A stretch of DNA of 64,000 bases. It comes from Candidatus Latescibacterota bacterium (GTDB lineage Bacteria; Latescibacterota; UBA2968; GCA-2709665). The stretch covers positions 4,864,001 to 4,928,000 of the forward strand of contig OZ244937.1 of the NCBI GenBank assembly GCA_965222075.1. The letters run 5' to 3'. The position numbers and the translations under genes were made by a program. Below the pieces are notes generated by a model. It was not told where the DNA came from and searched no databases. It worked only from the letters and a program-made list of their open reading frames with translations. The first letter of the stretch is position 1. Each line of letters starts with the position of its first letter. Below are positions 56,643 to 64,000 of this stretch, one piece after another.

Positions 56643-59600
56643 ATGAAGTCAAACAGGCGTTTAACTATTCTTGCCGGGATGCTGGCCCTGGTACTTGCCC
56701 TGTCCACCCCGGCCGTGTTTGCGGGTTCGACGGGGAAAATTAACGGGCGGGTCACCGGCGCAGACGGGTCACCGTTGCCCGGAGCCAGTTTGGTGATAGA
56801 GGACCGTCAGCAGGGGACTGTTACAGACACGGAAGGCTTCTACGTGATTGTAGCGGTAGACCCGGGGTCCTATACTTTGACCGCGTCGCTGGTGGGGTAT
56901 ACGACGGTGACGAAGAAGGACGTGAACATTACGGTCGATTATACCACGCCGGTGAATTTCACGCTGAAGGAAGAGGCGATCGAGGCGGCCGAGATCGTGG
57001 TGACGGCCGAGCGCCCGCCGGTGGAGCTGGACAAGACTTCGACCCGCTATGTGCTGTCGCCCGCCGATATTGACGAAGCCCCGCTTGTGAAGTCGACGGC
57101 GGAATTGATCGGCCTGCAGCCGGGCGTGGACATGGGCGGGACCTTTTCGATCCGCGGGTCGGACGTGACCTGGGGCGAGCAGAAGTTCGCGGATAACGCG
57201 ACCTGGTCTTATGCCGGCACCGATGTCAAAGTGCTGATTGACGGTGTGCCCGTTCCCGGCAACGACGGCGACCAGGCCAACATTTTTACGGGGGTGAACA
57301 AGAGCGCGGTGCAGCAGATCTCGATCGAGACAGGCGTGACCCCGGCGGAGTACGGAGATGCTCAGGGCGGCACGATCAACATCGTGACGCAGGATGGGGC
57401 GAAGGAGTACCGCGGGTGGATCGAGGGCAACTACGAGCCTGCGGGTCAGAAGCACTGGGGGGCGAACCTGTACGACGCTCCCATACACAGGGACCGGATG
57501 CGGTGGGACGACCCGGAGTGGCTGGCGGAGACCGACCCTGTTTCGGGCCGGGTTATCCATGTGCGGGACAACTATGACGAGGTGAGTGGATGGCTTGTGG
57601 AGGGTAGCCTGTCCGGGCCGATCGGTCCGCGGGCCTCCTTTCTTGGATCGATAAAGCACCAGGCGTTTGCGGCGCCCTTTCCGCAGCCCTCGGAGCGCGG
57701 CTTCTACAACGACCGAGGGCGCTTTATGAACGCGGACGACTTTATCCAGGGGTCAGGCAGCGTGACCCTCAAGCCCACGCCCGGCACGAAGGTGAAGGTG
57801 GGCGTGGTGCTGCAGCACTGGACGGGGTTCCAGAACGAGCTCAATGAGTGGGGCTTCTTCAAAAACGGGTACAACCGCGGGCTGCTGGCCAACGGCCGCA
57901 ACGTGTTTATGCCGAAGAATTTTTCAACAATGGGCCGACAGCTGCGGCGGGAGGACCTGGAGTACGTGACGTTCACCCATACGCTCACGCCCAAGACCTT
58001 CTACGAGGTGCGCTTCGGACGCAGCCGGACGCTCCAGGATACCATGGACACCGTTGGCGCCACGATTGACGGGCGGAAGGACGCGGACGGCTGGTTCAAC
58101 ACCTACAAAGAGATCAAGATGTGGATGCTTTCGGACCGGACGCGTTACAGCTTTAAGGTCGACCTGTCCAGCCAGATCACCAAGGGAAACTTTGTGAAGA
58201 CCGGCTTCGAGATCGTTCGCTGGAGTGCCTGGTCCCAGTACTGGGCGGGGTTGAGGCGGGCCGACAACTGGTGGACGATGTACGCAGGCGGGGACACCCC
58301 CTGGGTGCCGGGCACGCCGGCCAAGCCGATCCGAGGGGCGATCTATGTGCAGGACAAGATGGAATTCGAGGGGTTGATCGTGAATGCGGGCGTGCGCTTA
58401 GACTTCAACAAGCACACGCACAGAGAGCTGAAGACCTCGGCGTTTCACTGGGCGCCGATGTGGCGGATGTACAACAACCGGCATTTCGGCTACGGCCAGG
58501 GTTCGGCGCCCGCCGGGCTGAGGGTGTCGGACGACTTTATCGCCACCCCGCCGACGCAGTTTGCGATCAGCCCCAGATTGGGGGTTTCGCATCCGATCAC
58601 GGACCGGGCGAAGCTGCACTTCTCGCTTGGACGGTTCGTGCAGTGGCTGGAAGTGCGCGACCAGTACTCCAAGTCGTGGCGGGACTACGGCAGGATCGGC
58701 CCGGACGGAGACCCCACCTGGCAGGACTTAAACAGCGACGGGGTGCGGCAGGCGTCTGAGAATATGTCCAACATGGAGCCCCTCTACTTCGGGCCGGGGG
58801 GCGAACCCTGGGTGAATCCGGAGGAGACGCTGACGTTCGAGGTGGGGATGGACTGGAACTTCGTGGCCGACTATAACGCGTCGCTGACGATGTTCTACCG
58901 GAACGAGACGAACCAGATCGTTCGCGGGGCCACCACCTGGAACGGGGCGAAGCGGGGCCGGCGGAACACCCAGGGCTCGATGAACGGGCGAATAGCCTAC
59001 GGCAAGGGCCTCGAACTGGCGGTGGGGAAGCGGCTGAGCAACTACTTCTCCTTCCGCGTGGCCTGGACGGGGATGTGGGGGGCGCGGGGCGGCACCGGGA
59101 TCTCGAACCACGGCGCGCATATTATCGCGGACTCCAACTTTGTGGTCAGCCCGAATTTCTGGTATGACTTCACCTACGGCGCAGACGGGTCGGCCACGCC
59201 GGTTCCGCTGACGGCCCAGGAGAAGGTGGAGTTCGGCGGCGAGAACAACAGGTACATCCAGGGCTTGCGGGACGCCGCCACGGAGAACCTGTACCTGTAC
59301 TTTGGCGGGTACGATGATGCGACGCTCAACAACCTGGGGATAAACGTCCGCTACAATTCCTACGGCGGGCGCTGGTACGGCCCGTTCGGGATCCGCGGCG
59401 AGCCGGTGGTGGGCGGTGTCATCGGCCAGGCGAGCGTGCAGTTCGTGCTGAATACCCCCTCGAACGTAAACTTCGGCGGCCGGTTTCTGAGCTGGCTGGT
59501 CAGCGACTTAAGCGCCACCACGCTCTGGACGATGCGTTCTGGCGCCAACGTCAACTGGCAGCCGCCTGAAGGGGGCGGGGCCAAGATCACGAAGGGCCCG

Positions 59601-59876
59601 ATCGAGTCGGCGACGGATCTGAGTGTCGAGAAGGTGTTCAACGCGAAGGGCCGCCTGAAGCCGGCGCTCTTCGTCGAGATCCGGAACGTGTTCAACGACA
59701 AGATCGACATCAACCCGGTCAGCAGCCGGGGAACCACCGGGACGGACTACATGCTCTGGGGCCTGGATATGGCCCGGCCGGACAATCCGGATTTCCTCAA
59801 TTACGGCGACTTCGGTGACCGGGGCTATTTCAGCACGCCCAGGCAGACGAACATGGGCCTGCGCCTGACCTTTTAG
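56643..59876 (+). CDS. Large TonB-dependent receptor with carboxypeptidase-regulatory-like N-domain
   Basis: AGSTGKI.G.V, LQPGV, PAEYGDAQGG.IN, YVQDKMEFEGLIVNAGVR.D, SPRLG.SHPI, C-terminal LRLTF. Confidence 0.9.
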   Translation: MKSNRRLTILAGMLALVLALSTPAVFAGSTGKINGRVTGADGSPLPGASLVIEDRQQGTVTDTEGFYVIVAVDPGSYTLTASLVGYTTVTKKDVNITVDYTTPVNFTLKEEAIEAAEIVVTAERPPVELDKTSTRYVLSPADIDEAPLVKSTAELIGLQPGVDMGGTFSIRGSDVTWGEQKFADNATWSYAGTDVKVLIDGVPVPGNDGDQANIFTGVNKSAVQQISIETGVTPAEYGDAQGGTINIVTQDGAKEYRGWIEGNYEPAGQKHWGANLYDAPIHRDRMRWDDPEWLAETDPVSGRVIHVRDNYDEVSGWLVEGSLSGPIGPRASFLGSIKHQAFAAPFPQPSERGFYNDRGRFMNADDFIQGSGSVTLKPTPGTKVKVGVVLQHWTGFQNELNEWGFFKNGYNRGLLANGRNVFMPKNFSTMGRQLRREDLEYVTFTHTLTPKTFYEVRFGRSRTLQDTMDTVGATIDGRKDADGWFNTYKEIKMWMLSDRTRYSFKVDLSSQITKGNFVKTGFEIVRWSAWSQYWAGLRRADNWWTMYAGGDTPWVPGTPAKPIRGAIYVQDKMEFEGLIVNAGVRLDFNKHTHRELKTSAFHWAPMWRMYNNRHFGYGQGSAPAGLRVSDDFIATPPTQFAISPRLGVSHPITDRAKLHFSLGRFVQWLEVRDQYSKSWRDYGRIGPDGDPTWQDLNSDGVRQASENMSNMEPLYFGPGGEPWVNPEETLTFEVGMDWNFVADYNASLTMFYRNETNQIVRGATTWNGAKRGRRNTQGSMNGRIAYGKGLELAVGKRLSNYFSFRVAWTGMWGARGGTGISNHGAHIIADSNFVVSPNFWYDFTYGADGSATPVPLTAQEKVEFGGENNRYIQGLRDAATENLYLYFGGYDDATLNNLGINVRYNSYGGRWYGPFGIRGEPVVGGVIGQASVQFVLNTPSNVNFGGRFLSWLVSDLSATTLWTMRSGANVNWQPPEGGGAKITKGPIESATDLSVEKVFNAKGRLKPALFVEIRNVFNDKIDINPVSSRGTTGTDYMLWGLDMARPDNPDFLNYGDFGDRGYFSTPRQTNMGLRLTF

Positions 59877-59946
59877 CTGAAGAGGGGGGCACAGCCCGGG
59901 GTTGCGCCCTCTTATTTACCGGGAACGAGACGGAAGGAGGATTGTG

Positions 59947-62313
59947 ATGAAGTATATCCGAACGTGGGGGCTGGTTGTCGCTGTGGCGCTGCTTACTGTG
60001 GGGGCGGCCGACCTCTTCGCGCAGTCGTTTCAGTCGCCGGCGGCGTGGCTGAACCGGCCGATGCTGACGGCGCCTTTTCGCAACTACGCCGTGCAGGGCC
60101 AGTGGTTCAATTCGGGTGCGGGAAATTCGCCGTATCTGACATATCCGAACAATCTTTCGGGCGGCGGAGGCTACGGCAGCCCCGGGAATGTTGGAAACTA
60201 TACGCTTACCATGCGAAACGGTCACGGGTTCTGGAGCCTGACGCCGGACGGAAGGGTGGTCTATTCGGGCCCCCGGCTGGACATGGTGGACCAGCACTTC
60301 AGCGCCATGCAATACGATGTGAGCGCCGATCCGGAGCTATCGAAGCTGGGTACGCAGTGGTACCAGGTCCGCAGGCCGGAGGTTAAGATGGGCAACGGGG
60401 CTGCGTTCACCGGCGGGATTTCAGAGACGAGCCTGGGCGGGAACTGGTGGCCGGGTTCGGATCTGATTGAGGAGGGGAAAAAGACGGGGGGCGTTGCCCT
60501 GGTGCCGGTGCACATCAATAACTTCAACTTAGGCGCTTACCCGACCGTGGACGAGTGGCCCGAAGAGATTATCATCACGAAGACCACGAATTCGCAGGGG
60601 CTGACGATTACGGAGCGGGCGATGGCCTGGAGCCACCCCGACTTCGACGATTTCTTCATCGATGAGTATATCATCGAGAACACGGGGGATACGGATGGAG
60701 ACGGGGAGCGGGACCTGCCGATGGTCCCTTTAAACGACGTGTACTTAGGCTTAGAGGATATGTTCAACAACAGCTGCGTGGGGCAGGAGGCCTACCAGCG
60801 CTACTGGCACAACCACATCGAAGACGCCGAAGACGATCACTACGCCTACGATGGGGATGTCAAGCTGCTCTACAACTGGGACGGGGACCACGTTACCATC
60901 AATACCTGGGACGACACGGGGGACCCGTACAGAGACGCGTTTGCGTGGCAGGGTTCGAAGGGCACTCAGGCCGAAAGCCAGCTGAATTCGCCTGCGCACC
61001 TGGGTGTGGCCGTGCTGGCGTATACGGACGATCCGACGAGCCCCTACAGGTTCAATGCCCGCGATATGGCCGAGGGTTACATCGCGCCCGCTGGGGAGCA
61101 GCCATTTGCGGTGCGGTTCTGGCAGGTGTTTGGCGTGGTGGGCTTTCTGCAAAGCACAGGTACGGGCAAAATTGCGATGCCCTACCAGGCGCTGGATCCC
61201 AACTTGGGGGCGATGACAGAAGCGGAGATCTTCTCCGCGGTGCTGGGGGCCGGACCGCAGTTCGACCCGAGCCCGTCCCGGCCGAGTTCCCAGTTTTCCA
61301 TGATGCTGTTCGGGCCGTATGACCTGCCCGCCGGCGGCAAGGCCAAGATCGTGGTGGCGTATGCGGCGGGGCATCCCGGGCAGGTGCTGGGGAATACGGA
61401 CATCTGGACGTGGGCGAGGAAGGGCAACCAGGGCGAACTGCCCAAGGGCTTAGATGCGCTCAAGCAGAACGTGGAGGCTGCCCGATTCGCTTATGCCAAT
61501 ACCTATGATATCCCGGACGCGCCGCCGGATGCGAACTTCCGCACGGGCAGCAATGCGACGGCGAATATGCAGGTCGAATGGTCGAACGGGGTGGAAAGTT
61601 CTGCGCATCCGGACTACGGATCGGCCGATGTTGCGGGCTACCGGGTCTATCGGTCCACCATTGTTTCCGACGGGCCGTGGGAGCTGATCGCGGACATCCC
61701 GAAAGGGACCTCGAGCCTGGAAACGCCGACGTACGGGGTGTTCGGCAGTGGCAGCAATTATGTGATTGAGGACAAGCGGTCCGTGGCCGGGTTCTTCTAC
61801 CACTACAGCGTGCGCCCCTACGCCAGCGGCCATACGGACTGGACGCCTGGGGGCAACCCGAACGCCCCGCTGGGGTTAAACGACCTCCCCTCCCATATCG
61901 CTTCGCGCGTGCAGGTGGGGCAGGAGGGGGGCTGGTCTGCGAAGACGCAGCGGGTCTATGCGGCCGAGTCGCCCTTTGCGGTGCCGTCGTCGGAGACGGA
62001 GTCGTTGAATGCCGAGGTGTGGGTGGTGCCCACGCCCTATTACGAAAAAGGGGAGGCGCACCAGTATCCGGGATCGGAGAAGATCCGGTTTGTGGGCATC
62101 CCGTCCAAGTGCCGGATTCGGATCTACTCCGTGTCCGGGGAGCTGGTAGGCGACATCAGTGTGAACAACCCGGGCAAGGCGGAGAGCGACTTCGACCAGG
62201 TGACGTGGAACAACAGCGGGCAGCTCGTTTCGGGGGTCTACTTCTGGGTGGTGGAGAATCTGACCGGCAGCGGCCAAGCGCTCCAGAAGGGCACTCTCAT
62301 GGTGATCCGATAG
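59947..62313 (+). CDS. Exported protein with FN3-like domain and T9SS/FlgD-type C-terminal domain
   Basis: Signal peptide, DTDGDG loop, GPYDL.AG, AGYRVYRS, VVPTPY..IRF..IP..C.IRIYSVSGELV..SGVYFWVVE..LMVIR. Confidence 0.7.
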   Translation: MKYIRTWGLVVAVALLTVGAADLFAQSFQSPAAWLNRPMLTAPFRNYAVQGQWFNSGAGNSPYLTYPNNLSGGGGYGSPGNVGNYTLTMRNGHGFWSLTPDGRVVYSGPRLDMVDQHFSAMQYDVSADPELSKLGTQWYQVRRPEVKMGNGAAFTGGISETSLGGNWWPGSDLIEEGKKTGGVALVPVHINNFNLGAYPTVDEWPEEIIITKTTNSQGLTITERAMAWSHPDFDDFFIDEYIIENTGDTDGDGERDLPMVPLNDVYLGLEDMFNNSCVGQEAYQRYWHNHIEDAEDDHYAYDGDVKLLYNWDGDHVTINTWDDTGDPYRDAFAWQGSKGTQAESQLNSPAHLGVAVLAYTDDPTSPYRFNARDMAEGYIAPAGEQPFAVRFWQVFGVVGFLQSTGTGKIAMPYQALDPNLGAMTEAEIFSAVLGAGPQFDPSPSRPSSQFSMMLFGPYDLPAGGKAKIVVAYAAGHPGQVLGNTDIWTWARKGNQGELPKGLDALKQNVEAARFAYANTYDIPDAPPDANFRTGSNATANMQVEWSNGVESSAHPDYGSADVAGYRVYRSTIVSDGPWELIADIPKGTSSLETPTYGVFGSGSNYVIEDKRSVAGFFYHYSVRPYASGHTDWTPGGNPNAPLGLNDLPSHIASRVQVGQEGGWSAKTQRVYAAESPFAVPSSETESLNAEVWVVPTPYYEKGEAHQYPGSEKIRFVGIPSKCRIRIYSVSGELVGDISVNNPGKAESDFDQVTWNNSGQLVSGVYFWVVENLTGSGQALQKGTLMVIR

Positions 62314-62335
62314 GGCGACGAAAGGAGGCAGGACC

Positions 62336-63319
62336 ATGAAAATTCGATTGACACTCCTGCTCGCCGCGATGGGGGTGCTCCTGTTTACGCCTCCGGGCGG
62401 CGCAGTGGTGGAGGACCCGATCAAGCGGCGGACCGACACGCAGAAGTTTGTTGGACTGGGCGGATATCAGTTTCTCAAGATCGGCCAGGCCGCACGGGCG
62501 GTGGGCATGGGGGATGCGTATACGGCCGTGGCCGAGGACGTCAACGCGATCTTCTGGAACCCGGCGGGGCTGACGGATATCCGCGGGACGGCCTGGATGG
62601 CCACCTATACGAAGTGGCTGGTGAGTTCCTACGCCTTTTCCGGCGCCTTCGCCTTCAATACGGGCTCGGACAAGGGGGGGGTGATCGGGGCCAGTGTGGT
62701 CGCGTTCCGGCCTTCGGATATCCCGGAGCGGACGATCTTCCAGCCTCAGGGCACGGGCAACACCGTGTCCGCCGGGGACCTGGCCATCGGCGTGGTCTAC
62801 GCGCTGAAGCTGACGAACAAGTTCTCGTTCGGCACCCGGGTGCAGCTGGTCAATCAGACGCTGCATACCGAGAGCCTCCGTTCGATCATCATCGACGTGG
62901 GGACGCGGTTCTACACGGGCTACAGGAGTCTGCGGGTGGCCATGGCGTTGAAGAACTTCGGCCCGGACAAGACGGTGAACGATCGGAAGTTCTTTACGCC
63001 GCTGTATTACAACGTGGCCATAGCGGCCGAGCTTTTCGCGGAGAAGGGCGATCCCACCTATCTGACGGTGACGGGAGAGACGGCGTTTGCTGCGGACTAC
63101 ACGCTGCGCGCGCACGTGGGCGCGGAGCTGTGGATGCAGAACATCATCGCGCTGCGGACGGGCTACAAGTTCAACTACGACTCGGACTCCTTCAGCGTGG
63201 GCGCGGGGTTGAACTACAAGATCACCGGGGACCGTTCGGTGACGGTGGACCTCTCGTATTCCGACATGGGCAATTATCTTATTGCGCCCATCCGGGTGAC
63301 GGTGGGGGGGACGTTTTAG
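62336..63319 (+). CDS. PorV/PorQ family outer-membrane protein
   Basis: QFLKIG..ARAVGMGDAYTA.A.D.NAIFWNPAGL; ALRTGY; C-terminal F. Confidence 0.85.
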   Translation: MKIRLTLLLAAMGVLLFTPPGGAVVEDPIKRRTDTQKFVGLGGYQFLKIGQAARAVGMGDAYTAVAEDVNAIFWNPAGLTDIRGTAWMATYTKWLVSSYAFSGAFAFNTGSDKGGVIGASVVAFRPSDIPERTIFQPQGTGNTVSAGDLAIGVVYALKLTNKFSFGTRVQLVNQTLHTESLRSIIIDVGTRFYTGYRSLRVAMALKNFGPDKTVNDRKFFTPLYYNVAIAAELFAEKGDPTYLTVTGETAFAADYTLRAHVGAELWMQNIIALRTGYKFNYDSDSFSVGAGLNYKITGDRSVTVDLSYSDMGNYLIAPIRVTVGGTF

Positions 63320-63372
63320 CGTGACCATTCAGCAGTCGGCCGTTGGGTGACGCCGACCGCCGATCGCATTTC

Positions 63373-63415
63373 AATGGCCGGGACTTCCTCCCAGGGGGGC
63401 TCGGCCATTCTCTTT
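63373..63415 (+). terminator. Probable intrinsic terminator after the PorV-like gene
   Basis: AATGGCCG...CGGCCATT stem followed by CTCTTT. Confidence 0.5.
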
Positions 63416-63546
63416 GTGGCCTTTTCTGCTGGCCGCTTTCGCTGGATTGCCAAATTCGGGCCGAGCAGAAAATTCCGGACTTTGGTGAAATTCGATAAAT
63501 GATTATATTCTCTTTAAGAGGCAGGATTCGACGCTGGAGATCGATT

Positions 63547-64000
63547 ATGGGAAAGAGGTGTTTGGGGGCCTATCGGGGGGTGCTGCTGGTGGTGCTGGTG
63601 CTGTTCTGTCCGGGCTGGCAGGGTGCGGAGGCATCGGAGGGGTCCGGCGCGGATTCCGTTTCGGTTCAGGAGCTGGAGCGGCGCCTGCAGTCGGACCCGG
63701 AGAGTGCGACCCTGTGGCTGCGGCTGGGCTACGCCCGTTTGCGCGGAGGGGATGCCAAGGGGGCGGAGGTGGCGTTTAAGAAGGCGGAGAAGGAGCAGCC
63801 TGCGAAGGCCTACAACGGGTTGGGGCTGGCCTATGCGGCCAGGCCCCGCGGGTTCCGGTCGGCCATTTATTTTTTTCAGATGGCCCTGAGCAAGGACCCG
63901 AAATTCGTGGAGGCGCACTATAACAAGGCCCTGACCTATTTCTCGGAGAACTGGCTGTCCCACGCCATCCGGGCAGCCAGGGAGGCCGTGGCGGTCGATT
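63547..64000 (+). CDS. Exported TPR protein (3'-truncated by window edge; absent from the ORF track)
   Basis: MGKRCLG..signal; DPESATLWLRLGY, AYNGLGLAY, DPKFVEAHYNKAL; frame open to window end. Confidence 0.8.
   Translation, partial: MGKRCLGAYRGVLLVVLVLFCPGWQGAEASEGSGADSVSVQELERRLQSDPESATLWLRLGYARLRGGDAKGAEVAFKKAEKEQPAKAYNGLGLAYAARPRGFRSAIYFFQMALSKDPKFVEAHYNKALTYFSENWLSHAIRAAREAVAVD

Noticed and set aside
1-64000. rRNA, tRNA, transposase, integrase, prophage or defence genes
   Set aside because: No supporting motifs seen on either strand

Overview
GC-rich bacterial window, most likely from a Ca. Latescibacterota/FCB-group-type genome. This is inferred from four DUF6785/6784-like membrane proteins, many Gfo/Idh/MocA paralogs and a TonB receptor + T9SS-type-CTD protein + PorV cluster. 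Left third: catabolic enzymes (5 Gfo/Idh/MocA, aminotransferases, deacylases, nitrilase-family, hydantoinase B, mmsA, an internally deleted sulfatase) and a probable AhpD-like selenoprotein (CxxU plus SECIS-like hairpin) that the ORF track splits in two. Right two thirds: uptake and surface systems (two TonB receptors, peptide/nickel-type ABC components with no ATPase gene, heparinase II/III-like protein, GAF kinase/NarL pair). Main signals: (1) an ~83-nt structured non-coding leader, about 82% identical, upstream of two paralogous DUF2341/LamG/7-repeat propeller genes, one heading an inner-membrane and one an outer-membrane uptake locus, which I cannot match to a known riboswitch; (2) a duplicated operator+promoter module on either side of the response regulator; (3) a 17-codon relic of a third substrate-binding protein; (4) a block with inverted GC skew. 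No rRNA, tRNA, CRISPR array or transposase was seen. All family calls are from motif recognition by eye; no searches were run.
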